Source of the DNA: an uncultured Lachnospiraceae bacterium
GTDB taxonomy: Bacteria; Bacillota; Clostridia; Lachnospirales; Lachnospiraceae
Direction: 5' to 3'
Length of the DNA: 45,501 bases
Assembly (NCBI GenBank): GCA_905236025.1
Contig: CAJOOB010000051.1
Coordinates: forward strand, 1 to 45,501
Shown: one piece after another, positions 1 through 9,737 of the stretch
Position numbering within the stretch: the stretch's first letter is position 1
How the letters are laid out: each line of letters starts with the position of its first letter
Translations under genes and position numbers: made by a program
The notes under the pieces: model-generated
Databases searched by the model: none
The model's input: the letters and a program-made list of their open reading frames with translations, nothing else
What the model was told of the DNA's origin: nothing

Positions 1-473
1 TCCTTCCTGGGGATCTGAATCAGAAGGTTGATCCGTATTTAAGACCTTTATATGATGCTTTATATCAGATAATGGGAGCTGAAAGCTTCCTTCATAACAG
101 TGAAAAAGGCCTTATTGAGGTTGCTCCTCTTGCGTATATGAGAGGAAGAACTTTGGACAATGCTTTTATTATCCTGGATGAAGCGCAAAATACAACATCG
201 GCGCAGATGAAGATGTTTCTTACAAGAATTGGTTTTGGCTCGAAAGTAGTTGTAACAGGTGACCTTACGCAAAAGGATTTACCGTTTAATACGCCTTCAG
301 GCCTTGAAATCGCATTAAAGGTATTAAAGAATACGGAAGATATTGGGGTTTCAATTTTAACGGATGCGGACGTTGTGAGACATCCTTTGGTACAAAGAAT
401 CGTAAAAGCATATGAAGTCTTTGAGAGTAACAGAAATAAAGGAGATAAACATGAGCGTAATTATAGAAAATGA
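1..473 (+). CDS. phoH: PhoH-family ATPase, C-terminal part (5' end lies outside the window)
   Basis: The frame is open to the window edge, with codons starting at nt 3 ([25 protein letters not shown]). It has a Walker B-like IILDEAQN and GDLTQKDLP, typical of PhoH. The phoH-ybeY adjacency is canonical. Confidence 0.85.
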   Translation, partial: LPGDLNQKVDPYLRPLYDALYQIMGAESFLHNSEKGLIEVAPLAYMRGRTLDNAFIILDEAQNTTSAQMKMFLTRIGFGSKVVVTGDLTQKDLPFNTPSGLEIALKVLKNTEDIGVSILTDADVVRHPLVQRIVKAYEVFESNRNKGDKHERNYRK

Positions 474-954
474 AAATGATTACAGTTTTGATTTTGATTA
501 TGAAGATGTTATAAAGTCAGTAATCAAAGAAGCTTTAAATTACGTTAAGTGTCCGTATGACTGTGAAGTTAACGTATTAATTACATCTCCTTTGGAAGTA
601 CAAAGTATAAATAAGGAATACAGAGGAATTGATAAAACCACGGATGTTTTATCGTTCCCAATGCTTGAATATAATGAACCTGCAAATTTTAATGTTGTTT
701 TGGGAAACGAAGAAGACTGCGTTGATCCGGATACGGGAGAACTTAATCTTGGGGATATTGTTTTAAATTATGAAAAGATTTTTTCTCAGGCAACAGAGTA
801 CGGACATTCTCCAAAAAGAGAACTTGCTTTTTTAGTGGCTCACAGCATATTTCATCTGTTCGGATATGACCATGAAACAGATGAAGAACGGGTTGTAATG
901 GAAGAAAAGCAGGAAGAGGTACTTGCTAAACTTGGGATTACAAGGGATAAATAG
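451..954 (+). CDS. ybeY: rRNA maturation endoribonuclease YbeY
   Basis: Zinc motif [12 protein letters not shown] (HxxxHxxGxxH). I prefer the ATG at 451, preceded by GGAG at 441-444, over the in-frame ATG at 412. The gene overlaps the phoH stop. Confidence 0.9.
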   Translation: MSVIIENENDYSFDFDYEDVIKSVIKEALNYVKCPYDCEVNVLITSPLEVQSINKEYRGIDKTTDVLSFPMLEYNEPANFNVVLGNEEDCVDPDTGELNLGDIVLNYEKIFSQATEYGHSPKRELAFLVAHSIFHLFGYDHETDEERVVMEEKQEEVLAKLGITRDK

Positions 955-962
955 AGGAAGTT

Positions 963-2609
963 ATGTCTAAAGATAAAAATTTTGTCGTACAGGGTGGAGT
1001 ACTTGCACTTGCAAGTATTCTGGTACGAATTCTTGGATTAATATACAGAACAATTCTTGTAAATGTCCTTGGTTCAACGGTTATGGGGTATTATGCCTCA
1101 GCATATGACATTTACTCTTTGTTTTTGCTTCTTTCATCCATGAGCATGCCTATTGCGGTTTCAAAGCTTGTTTCGGCAAGGCTTGCAAACGGTGAATATA
1201 AGAATGCAAAGAAGATATTTCATACCGCACTTGGATTTTCATGTTTTTTAGGAGTAATATTTGCGGCGCTTTTATTCTTTGGGGCGGACACAATCTCAAC
1301 TATAATTGGATATAAAGAATCTGCGTATGCAATGAGGGTGCTTGCTCCTACTCTTTTTGTAATGTCAATTCTTGGCGTATACAGAGGATATTTTCAGGGC
1401 ATGGGAAGTATGGTTCCAACAGCGATTTCCCAGATTCTTGAACAGATTGCAAACTGTGTATTCAGTATTCTTGGCGGCATTTATCTTTTAAATGTAGGTA
1501 AAGAACTGGGAAAACCGGAAGCACTTGGCGCAATGGGTGTAACAGTGGGTACTTTGGTTGGTGCGGTATGTGCACTTGCCTTTTTCAGATTCATTTACGG
1601 GCTGGAAAAAACAGCAACAAAAAAGAGGTTTTTAAATGATAAAGTAAGCCGTAAGAATCGTATGAATCACGTGCTTGGTGCCGTGATTGCAACTGTTGTA
1701 CCGGTACTTTTAAGTACAACCATTTATCAGTTGTGCCTTACATTTAACAGTACGATATTTGCAAATGTATGCTCGAAAGTGCTGCATATGGAAGAAAGCG
1801 CATACACTCTTATTTACAGCGTGTACAGCAATCAGTACAAACTTCTTACGTTAGCACCTGTGGCCATTGCAAGTGCAATGTCTTCAGCCATCATTCCAAG
1901 CCTTGTAAAATCTCTTAATGCAGGGAGTAAAAGGGAACTTCAGATGAAGGTAAATGCTGCGATTAAAATTACAACCATTATTGCTTTTCCTTGCGGCTTT
2001 GGTCTTGCCTTGCTTGCAACGCCTATTTTATCTTTACTTTTCCCGGATCCTGAAACTATTCATTTAAGCGTTTCATTAATGAGATTTGCGGTACTTTCCG
2101 TTGTGGGATTCTCCCTTTCAACGCTTACAAATGCCATATTACAGGGAATTGATAAATTAAAGCTTCCGGTTATTCATGTAATAATTGCGCTTATAATACA
2201 TACAATACTTGTGTTTATAATGTTAATTCCGTTAGATTACGGAATTAAGGGCGTTGTAATTTGTGATATTGTATATGCATTTGTAATTGTTATTCTTAAT
2301 TTTGCATCAATAAAAAAATACTTAAATTACAAGCAGGAAATACTTAAGCCTTTTATTCTTCCTTTATTTGCTTCATGCATAATGGGGATAATTGCTTTTG
2401 GCTTCCATAAGTTTTCATACCTCTTTCTTGAAAATCTGATTGGGGATAAGATTGCGGAACTTATATGTACGTTGCTGTCCGTATTAATTGCCGTACTTGT
2501 GTATTTCCTCTTACTTTTCTCGCTTAATATTGTAGATGAAAAGGAACTTAAGATGTTGCCAATGGGCTCAAAAATTGGTGCAATTGCAAGAAAATTCGGA
2601 GTAATGTGA
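963..2609 (+). CDS. MOP-superfamily flippase (MurJ/MviN/SpoVB-like polysaccharide or lipid II flippase)
   Basis: 548 aa, hydrophobic throughout with many predicted TM helices. The N-terminus (GGVLALASILVRILGLIYRTILVNVLG, YYASAYDIY) resembles MurJ/SpoVB family proteins. Confidence 0.7.
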   Translation: MSKDKNFVVQGGVLALASILVRILGLIYRTILVNVLGSTVMGYYASAYDIYSLFLLLSSMSMPIAVSKLVSARLANGEYKNAKKIFHTALGFSCFLGVIFAALLFFGADTISTIIGYKESAYAMRVLAPTLFVMSILGVYRGYFQGMGSMVPTAISQILEQIANCVFSILGGIYLLNVGKELGKPEALGAMGVTVGTLVGAVCALAFFRFIYGLEKTATKKRFLNDKVSRKNRMNHVLGAVIATVVPVLLSTTIYQLCLTFNSTIFANVCSKVLHMEESAYTLIYSVYSNQYKLLTLAPVAIASAMSSAIIPSLVKSLNAGSKRELQMKVNAAIKITTIIAFPCGFGLALLATPILSLLFPDPETIHLSVSLMRFAVLSVVGFSLSTLTNAILQGIDKLKLPVIHVIIALIIHTILVFIMLIPLDYGIKGVVICDIVYAFVIVILNFASIKKYLNYKQEILKPFILPLFASCIMGIIAFGFHKFSYLFLENLIGDKIAELICTLLSVLIAVLVYFLLLFSLNIVDEKELKMLPMGSKIGAIARKFGVM

Positions 2610-2621
2610 GGTGTTTGGAAT

Positions 2622-3905
2622 ATGAGTAATTCATATGATGTTGCGGTGATTGGAGCGGGTGCCGGCGGTATGGTATGTGCCGCAAAACTAAAAGAGCGCG
2701 GCTTCAATGTATGCTTGGTTGAAAAACTCAATAAACCGGGTAAAAAGCTTTCTGTTACCGGAAATGGCAGATGTAACCTTACAAATACCGATATGAACGT
2801 AAATAAGTATTACTCTGATGAACTTCCCTTGGTAAAAGAAGTGATTGATGCTTTTAACGAAAAGGATACAATCAGTTATTTGGAAGGATGTGGTCTTGTA
2901 ACCAAAGAAAAAAACGGATACGTTTATCCGTATAACGAAAATGCGGTATCCGTCGTAAATCTTTTACAAAGCAGGTTGGCAAGCCTTATGGTTAAAACGG
3001 AATATAATTTCAATGTATCTGAAATAAAAAAAGATAAAGACGGATTTTTAATTAAAGATGATAAAAAAAGCGTCATAAAGTCTAAAAAGGTTGTGCTTGC
3101 CTGTGGCGGAATGAGTGCGTTAAGCGCAGATACAAAATATAACGCATTAACATTAATCAAGGATTTTGATATAAAAACCGTAATAATGCATCCTGCATTA
3201 TGCGCTTTAACATGTAAGGATTTAATTATTGGAGATACAAAAACAGAAAATACAAAAGGTATAGATTTTGCAAGCATTGCGGGTGTAAGAACAAATGCGG
3301 CCGTAAAGGTTAATTTACATGATAAAAACGGAAAACTTATTGCTTTAGATAACAACACTGACCTTGGTGAAGTGCAGATTACAAAAACCGGACTTTCGGG
3401 AATCCCTGTATTTAATGTATCAAGACACGCAACATACGGACTTTTAAATAATTTAGATGTTGAAATTGCGGTTGATTTCCTTCCTGATTTTACCGTAAAC
3501 GATTTGCTTAAGAGATTCAATTTTTTAATGGATTTAGAGGAGAGAAACAAAATTGGTGATTTCTTTACAACCCTTTTAAATCCAAAGCTTTCCGATTATC
3601 TTATTAAGACAAACCTCTTTACTTCAAACATGAAGTTGGCTGAACAGGATCCTGAAATAATGAAACTCTTTTTTGAAACCCTTAAAAATTACGTATTTAA
3701 GGTTGTTTCCGCATCAGAAGCACAAAACGCACAGGTAACTGCGGGCGGAGTTTCATTAAATGAAATTGATATATCAACCTTTGAAACAAAGAAGGTTAAA
3801 GACCTTTATATTATCGGAGAATTACTTGATGCCGATGGCCGCTGCGGCGGTTACAATTTACAATGGGCATTTGCAACGGGTGTTTTATGTGCGAAAAATA
3901 TGTAA
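2622..3905 (+). CDS. HI0933/BaiN/RdsA-family NAD(P)/FAD-dependent oxidoreductase
   Basis: N-terminal dinucleotide fold YDVAVIGAGAGGMVCA, followed by SVTGNGRCNLTN. The C-terminal GELLDADGRCGGYNLQWAFATG signature is typical of this family. Confidence 0.8.
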   Translation: MSNSYDVAVIGAGAGGMVCAAKLKERGFNVCLVEKLNKPGKKLSVTGNGRCNLTNTDMNVNKYYSDELPLVKEVIDAFNEKDTISYLEGCGLVTKEKNGYVYPYNENAVSVVNLLQSRLASLMVKTEYNFNVSEIKKDKDGFLIKDDKKSVIKSKKVVLACGGMSALSADTKYNALTLIKDFDIKTVIMHPALCALTCKDLIIGDTKTENTKGIDFASIAGVRTNAAVKVNLHDKNGKLIALDNNTDLGEVQITKTGLSGIPVFNVSRHATYGLLNNLDVEIAVDFLPDFTVNDLLKRFNFLMDLEERNKIGDFFTTLLNPKLSDYLIKTNLFTSNMKLAEQDPEIMKLFFETLKNYVFKVVSASEAQNAQVTAGGVSLNEIDISTFETKKVKDLYIIGELLDADGRCGGYNLQWAFATGVLCAKNM

Positions 3906-5509
3906 AAGTAAGACAGATCAAACTTCCTGTCGAATGTGATAACTTAACGGAAAAATTAAAAAATAAAGCGGCTCTTTCGTTACGGATAAAGCCCGGTGAT
4001 ATTTTGAATCTTGAAATTACCAAGAAGTCACTTGATGCAAGAGATAAAGAAGACGTGTTTTTTTCATACGAAGTATTGTTAAAGCTTGATTTTAACACGA
4101 AAATCAAGCTTAATCCGAAGGATAAAAATGTGTGCCTTTTTGATAATAAGAAATATGAAATTCCAAAATGCGGAGACGAAGAACTAAAGAAAAGGCCGGT
4201 TATATGCGGATTTGGTCCTGCGGGAATATTTTGTGCGCTTAATCTTGCAAAGGCAGGCTTTAAGCCGATTGTTTTGGAACGTGGAAAAGATGTGGACGAA
4301 AGAAGCAGGGATATGGAGCTTCTTTTTAAAGAAGGTATTTTGAATACTGAATCTAATGCGCAGTTTGGTGAGGGCGGCGCAGGTACTTTTTCTGACGGTA
4401 AATTAAACACCACGGTTAAGGACTCATTTGGACGAAACAGATACGTTCTTGATACATTTGCGGATTTTGGCGCAAATGATGAGATAAGATATGTAAATAA
4501 GCCTCATATTGGGACGGATGTTTTAAAGAACGTTATTAAAAACATGCGTATGGAAATTGAACATCTTGGCGGAGAAATAAGATTTAACTCAAAGCTTACG
4601 GGTGTTAAGATTTTGGATAATAAGATAAAGGCAGTTGTAATTAATAACAAAGAAACTCTTGAAACGGATGTTTTGGTGCTTGCGATTGGGCACAGTGCAA
4701 GAGATACCTTTGAAATGCTTTATAATAATGACTTCCCAATGACCGCAAAGCCTTTTGCGGTTGGGGTAAGAGTACAGACTCCTCAGGAACTTATAGATAT
4801 TAATCAGTACGGTGAAAAATATGCAAAGCTCTTGCCGGCGGCTGATTACAAACTTACGCATACATGTAAAAACGGTCACGGTGTTTATTCTTTTTGTATG
4901 TGTCCCGGAGGATATGTTATTAATGCTTCTTCCGAAAATAACAGAACGTGCGTAAACGGTATGAGCTATTCAAAAAGAGACAGTAATTACGCAAACAGTG
5001 CAATAATTGTTTCCGTAAGCCCGGATGATTATTCATCAGATAAAGAAAATATTCATCCTTTAAGCGGTGTTAGATTTCAGCGTATGCTTGAAGAAAAGGC
5101 GTATAATTTAGGAGATGGTAAAATACCGGCTCAAAATTATTCTGATTTTGAAAAAAACCTTGAAACTACTGAATTTAATGATAAAGTAATGTTAAAGGGT
5201 TTGTATAAGGGATGTAATATAAGAGAGATTTTCCCTGATTTTATTAATGAATCGATTATTGAAGCAATGCCTTATTTTAATAATAAAATAAACGGTTTTG
5301 TTTCTGATAAAACCATAATTATGGGCCCTGAAAGCAGAACTTCGTCGCCGCTTAGAATAAGCAGAGATGAGGATTTGGTTACAAAGTACAAAGGCGTTTA
5401 TCCGTGCGGAGAAGGATGCGGATACGCAGGTGGAATCACTTCTGCGGCCATTGACGGTATTAAAGTGTCTGAAAAAATTATTATGAAATATAAAAAATAC
5501 GGCGCATAG
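3887..5509 (+). CDS. FAD-dependent protein (COG2509-like uncharacterised flavoprotein)
   Basis: Internal GFGPAGIFCALNLAKAG dinucleotide fold, GEGGAGTFSDGKL, and C-terminal PCGEGCGYAGGITSAAIDG. The start is uncertain: ATG at 3863 or 3887, neither with a strong RBS. Either start overlaps the upstream flavoprotein gene. Confidence 0.7.
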   Translation: MCEKYVKVRQIKLPVECDNLTEKLKNKAALSLRIKPGDILNLEITKKSLDARDKEDVFFSYEVLLKLDFNTKIKLNPKDKNVCLFDNKKYEIPKCGDEELKKRPVICGFGPAGIFCALNLAKAGFKPIVLERGKDVDERSRDMELLFKEGILNTESNAQFGEGGAGTFSDGKLNTTVKDSFGRNRYVLDTFADFGANDEIRYVNKPHIGTDVLKNVIKNMRMEIEHLGGEIRFNSKLTGVKILDNKIKAVVINNKETLETDVLVLAIGHSARDTFEMLYNNDFPMTAKPFAVGVRVQTPQELIDINQYGEKYAKLLPAADYKLTHTCKNGHGVYSFCMCPGGYVINASSENNRTCVNGMSYSKRDSNYANSAIIVSVSPDDYSSDKENIHPLSGVRFQRMLEEKAYNLGDGKIPAQNYSDFEKNLETTEFNDKVMLKGLYKGCNIREIFPDFINESIIEAMPYFNNKINGFVSDKTIIMGPESRTSSPLRISRDEDLVTKYKGVYPCGEGCGYAGGITSAAIDGIKVSEKIIMKYKKYGA

Positions 5510-5530
5510 TTTGTGCAAACGGAGGAAAAA

Positions 5531-6364
5531 ATGGACTCTTTCAGAAAGAACATTACAAAGGCAAAGAGAATAGTAATAAAGATTGGATCTTCATCCCTTA
5601 CACACAAAGAAACCAAGAGACTTGATTTACTTAAGCTCGAGAAACTTGTGCGTATAATTGCGGATCTTCATAACAGCAAAAAGGAAGTTATCCTTGTTTC
5701 TTCCGGTGCCATTGCCGTGGGTCGTGCAAAGATGGGACTTTCCGCAAAGATGAGTCTTTCAAAAAAACAGGCCTGTGCGGCTGTGGGCCAGGCCCAGCTT
5801 ATTTCCATATATCAGAGAATTTTTTCTGAATATAATCAGACTGCAGCTCAGGTACTCATGACAAAAAATACCATCACAAACGAAGTGAGCAGAAAGAATG
5901 CGGAAAATACATTCAGCGAACTTTTAAATCTTGGTGTTATCCCTATTGTTAATGAAAACGATACCGTTTCAACGGATGAAATCAAATTTGGTGATAATGA
6001 CAGACTTTCAGCAATTGTTGCCGCAATTACCGGTGCGGATCTGCTTATTTTACTTTCTGATATTGACGGCTTATATACGGATGATCCAAATGTAAATAGA
6101 AACGCCAAACTTATTCATACGGTTGAAAAGGTTACGGATAAATATAAGCACATGGCAAAGTCCACTTCTTCAAGTGATGTGGGTACGGGCGGTATGGCTG
6201 CAAAGATTGCGGCTGCAAGTATTGCGACAAGTGCCGGATGTGATATGGTGATTGCAAACGGTGACGATGTATTGACTATCAGCAGCATTCTTGAGGGAAA
6301 TGATGTGGGTACTTTGTTTGTGAATAACGAAGACAGAGAGTTTGATATTAATGAATGCTTATAA
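5531..6364 (+). CDS. proB: Glutamate 5-kinase (short form, no PUA domain)
   Basis: Motifs IVIKIGSSSLT, VSSGAIAVG, IVNENDTV and GTGGMAAKI are present. The ATG at 5531 follows GGAGG at 5520-5524 and is preferred over the GTG at 5513. Confidence 0.9.
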   Translation: MDSFRKNITKAKRIVIKIGSSSLTHKETKRLDLLKLEKLVRIIADLHNSKKEVILVSSGAIAVGRAKMGLSAKMSLSKKQACAAVGQAQLISIYQRIFSEYNQTAAQVLMTKNTITNEVSRKNAENTFSELLNLGVIPIVNENDTVSTDEIKFGDNDRLSAIVAAITGADLLILLSDIDGLYTDDPNVNRNAKLIHTVEKVTDKYKHMAKSTSSSDVGTGGMAAKIAAASIATSAGCDMVIANGDDVLTISSILEGNDVGTLFVNNEDREFDINECL

Positions 6365-6929
6365 AACAAAGGAAGAGGCGAGGAAGTATTACGCTTCACT
6401 AAGAAAAAATCTTGAAACGGAATATGTAAAAAATGCTTCTTTAGAGATTTGTAAAAAAATTATGGCTGATGAAAATTATAAGAAAGCAAGATCGGTAGCG
6501 GCTTATATGGCGATTGGTAATGAAATTGATTTAAGCCTTCTTATTTCTGACGTTATTAATAATAAAAAACTCTTTTTACCTAAGGTTTTGGATGGGGAAA
6601 ATATGGAGTTTTACGAAATTAGTGATATCTCGGAACTAAAAGTACAGAGTATAGGGATTTTAGAGCCTTATGGAGATTTAAAAAAGGCTTATTTTAATAC
6701 TGATACTTTAATTATTGTTCCGGGAATTGTTTTTGATAAGGACGGTTACAGATACGGATACGGAAAAGGCTATTATGACCGATACTTTTTTAAGGGTGGT
6801 TTTGGTTGCAAAATCGGGGTCTGTTATGATAGACTTTTGTGTGAGAAATTACCGCAAACTACTGAGTTTGATATGACAAGCGATATTGTGGTAACTGAAA
6901 ATGAAATACATCATGTAAAGGATAATTAA
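6351..6929 (+). CDS. 5-formyltetrahydrofolate cyclo-ligase
   Basis: The YMAIGNEIDL and GYGKGYYDR motifs are characteristic of MTHFS. ATG at 6351 is preferred over TTG at 6342. The gene overlaps the proB stop. Confidence 0.85.
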   Translation: MNAYKTKEEARKYYASLRKNLETEYVKNASLEICKKIMADENYKKARSVAAYMAIGNEIDLSLLISDVINNKKLFLPKVLDGENMEFYEISDISELKVQSIGILEPYGDLKKAYFNTDTLIIVPGIVFDKDGYRYGYGKGYYDRYFFKGGFGCKIGVCYDRLLCEKLPQTTEFDMTSDIVVTENEIHHVKDN

Positions 6930-8330
6930 ATGTTTGACGTTAATGCTCAAATACAGTTAAAATATGTTGAAAAAATAAGAACATACCTTTCGGATTATGA
7001 AAGAAAAACCGGTAAAAGACTTACGGCCTGCGTTGTTACGTACGGTTGTCAGATGAATGTAAAGGATTCGGAAAAACTTTCGGGAATCTTGGAAGATGCC
7101 GGATTTAATATTATTGAAGATGAGGACGCTGACCTTGTCATTTATAATACCTGTACGGTAAGAGAAAACGCAAATAAAAAGCTTTACGGGCATCTTGGCT
7201 TAATGAAGCACAAAAAAGAAGAAAACAAAGATAAGATGATTGCTCTTTGCGGCTGTATGATGCAGGAAAAGGGCGTTATTGAGGTTTTAGAGAAGGATTA
7301 TAAATTCGTTGATATTATTTTTGGAACGCACAATCTGTATAAGTTTGCAGAACTTTTATGGCAGAGGTTTTCGGGTAAGAAACGCGTTTTGGAAATTTTG
7401 GATAAATCTGATGAAATTGTTGAAGATTTACCTTCTAAAAGAAATGATTTCTTCAGATGCGGCGTAAACATTATGTACGGCTGCAATAATTTTTGTACCT
7501 TCTGTATTGTTCCTTATGTAAGAGGAAGAGAAAAAAGCAGGGATCCAAAGGATATCATAAGAGAGTGCGAAGCGCTTGCAAAAGACGGTGTTGTTGAAGT
7601 TATGCTTTTGGGACAAAACGTAAACAGCTACGGAAAAACTCTGGAAGATAAAATGACTTTTGCAGAGCTTTTAAGTGAGATTGAAAAGGTTGAGGGGATT
7701 GAAAGAATAAGATTCATGACCTCCCACCCAAAGGACTTGTCTGATGATTTAATTAAGGTAATGGCTTCATCAAAGAAAATCTGTAAGCAGCTTCACTTAC
7801 CGCTTCAATCAGGAAGTTCCGCACTTTTAAAGAAGATGAACAGACATTATGATAAGGATAGGTACCTTTTACTTGTTGATAAATTAAAAAAAGCAATTCC
7901 GGATATTTGTCTTACAACGGATATTATTGTGGGATTTCCGGGTGAAACGGAAGAGGATTTCTTAGAGACTTTGGACGTTGTAAAAAAGTGTGAATATGAT
8001 TCGGCATATACATTTATTTATTCAAAAAGAACGGGAACGCCTGCGGCAACATTTGAAGACCAGGTACCAAAAGACGTGGTTAAAGACCGCTTTGACAGAC
8101 TTTTAAAGCTTGTAAACGAAATATCTTCAAAGAAAACAAAGAAACTTGAAGGAAAGACGGTTAAAGTTTTGGTGGACGAAGTAAATAAAGATATGGAAGG
8201 CTTTATGAGCGGAAGACTTGATAACAATATGGTTGTTCACTTTAAGGGTGATAAGGATCTGCTCGGAAAATTCGTTAATGTAAAGTTAAATGAAGCAAAG
8301 GGCTTTTATTATATTGGAGAATTAGCATAA
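6930..8330 (+). CDS. miaB: tRNA (N6-isopentenyl-A37) 2-methylthiotransferase, radical SAM
   Basis: N-terminal UPF0004 region (TYGCQMNVKDSE), radical SAM CNNFCTFCIVP (CxxxCxxC) and a C-terminal TRAM-like region. The position upstream of mutS/mutL matches Firmicutes synteny. Confidence 0.85.
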   Translation: MFDVNAQIQLKYVEKIRTYLSDYERKTGKRLTACVVTYGCQMNVKDSEKLSGILEDAGFNIIEDEDADLVIYNTCTVRENANKKLYGHLGLMKHKKEENKDKMIALCGCMMQEKGVIEVLEKDYKFVDIIFGTHNLYKFAELLWQRFSGKKRVLEILDKSDEIVEDLPSKRNDFFRCGVNIMYGCNNFCTFCIVPYVRGREKSRDPKDIIRECEALAKDGVVEVMLLGQNVNSYGKTLEDKMTFAELLSEIEKVEGIERIRFMTSHPKDLSDDLIKVMASSKKICKQLHLPLQSGSSALLKKMNRHYDKDRYLLLVDKLKKAIPDICLTTDIIVGFPGETEEDFLETLDVVKKCEYDSAYTFIYSKRTGTPAATFEDQVPKDVVKDRFDRLLKLVNEISSKKTKKLEGKTVKVLVDEVNKDMEGFMSGRLDNNMVVHFKGDKDLLGKFVNVKLNEAKGFYYIGELA

Positions 8331-8345
8331 GAAAAGGAGAAAATT

Positions 8346-9710
8346 ATGGGCTTTTCAAAAGATTTTGTTTGGGGTTGCGCAACAGCATCATATCAGGTTG
8401 AAGGTGGTTACCTTGACGATGGCAAGGGCTTGAATGTATGGGATATCTGCTCTCATGTACCCGGGTTTGTAAGGGATGGAAATAACGGCGATGTCACATG
8501 CGATCAGTATCATAAATTTAAAGAAGACGTAAAGCTTATGAAAGAGATTGGGCTTAAGTCTTACAGATTTTCGGTTAACTGGGCAAGAGTATTACCGACG
8601 GGTGATGTAAAAGACGGTATTAACGAAGCCGGCTTACAGTACTATTCAGACCTTGTTGATGAACTCCTTGCAAACGGCATTGAACCATATCTTACTGTGT
8701 TTCACTGGGATTATCCTAATGAGCTCTTTAAAAGAGGCGGCTGGCTTAATCCGGAATCACCAAAGTGGTTTGAAAATTATACAAAGGTGCTTGTTGACAG
8801 ACTTTCAGACAGAGTTACTCACTGGATGACTTTAAATGAGCCACAGTGCTTTGTAAACCTTGGACACGACACCGGCGTTCATGCACCGGGGCTTAAACTT
8901 CCAATGGTTTACCTTATGGAAATATACAGAAATGTCTTACTTGCCCATGGCCATGCATGTATGACAATAAGAAAATATACAAAGAAGCCATGCGAAATTG
9001 GTTTCGCACCGGTTGCAGGCGTTGATATTCCGTATACAGACAGTAAGGAAGATATTGAGGCAGCAAAGTTTTCAATGTTTGCAATTGACAGTCATGACAT
9101 GCTTTGGAAAAACTCAATCTGGATGGACCCGATTGTTTTGGGTAAATTTCCTGAAGGTGCAAAGGAATATGCGGGCGAATGCTGGCCAAACTTCACTGAT
9201 GAAGATTTAAAGATAATTCATCAGCCGCTTGATTTCTTTGGGATGAATTCATACCAGGGAAATACAGTTAAGCACAGAGAAGATGGTAAGCCGGGCTTTG
9301 AAGTTTTAAAAAGAGAAGACGGATATGACCATACGGCAATCCGTTGGCCAATCACACCAAAAATTTTATACTGGGGTCCTGTGTTGTTCTATGAAAGATA
9401 TAAACTTCCAATTTTAGTTACGGAAAACGGTATGTCTAATTATGATTTGGTAAGTGAAGACGGATGTGTACACGATCCGCAGCGAATTGAATTCCTTAAG
9501 AGATATTTGAGAGAATTCAAAAAAGCATCTGATGTTGTACCTCTTAAGGGCTATACACAGTGGTCATTTATGGATAACTTTGAATGGGCTGAAGGCTACA
9601 ACGAGAGATTTGGTATTGTTTATACGGATTACGTTACCGGTAAGAGAATACTTAAAGATTCAGCGAAATTCTATGCTGAAGTAATTAAAACAAACGGTGA
9701 AAATCTTTAA
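8346..9710 (+). CDS. Glycoside hydrolase family 1 beta-glucosidase (or 6-phospho-beta-glucosidase)
   Basis: N-terminal FVWGCATASYQVEGG, acid/base TLNEP and nucleophile VTENG motifs are all intact. Strong RBS AAGGAG upstream. Confidence 0.9.
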   Translation: MGFSKDFVWGCATASYQVEGGYLDDGKGLNVWDICSHVPGFVRDGNNGDVTCDQYHKFKEDVKLMKEIGLKSYRFSVNWARVLPTGDVKDGINEAGLQYYSDLVDELLANGIEPYLTVFHWDYPNELFKRGGWLNPESPKWFENYTKVLVDRLSDRVTHWMTLNEPQCFVNLGHDTGVHAPGLKLPMVYLMEIYRNVLLAHGHACMTIRKYTKKPCEIGFAPVAGVDIPYTDSKEDIEAAKFSMFAIDSHDMLWKNSIWMDPIVLGKFPEGAKEYAGECWPNFTDEDLKIIHQPLDFFGMNSYQGNTVKHREDGKPGFEVLKREDGYDHTAIRWPITPKILYWGPVLFYERYKLPILVTENGMSNYDLVSEDGCVHDPQRIEFLKRYLREFKKASDVVPLKGYTQWSFMDNFEWAEGYNERFGIVYTDYVTGKRILKDSAKFYAEVIKTNGENL

Positions 9711-9737
9711 GACTATTTAGAACGGGAGATTGTTAAA

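Noticed and set aside
2924-3550. Long minus-strand ORFs lying entirely antisense to plus-strand genes: 2327-2731, 2924-3550, 3811-4413, 13439-13915, 17742-18272 and 22109-22558, the longest 208 aa.
   Set aside because: Each lies fully inside a well-supported + strand gene with clear family motifs. Their translations are low-complexity and Ser/Phe/Lys/Leu-rich, with no motifs and no RBS. These are shadow ORFs, expected where the sense strand avoids the TTA/CTA/TCA codons (Leu is mostly CTT here).
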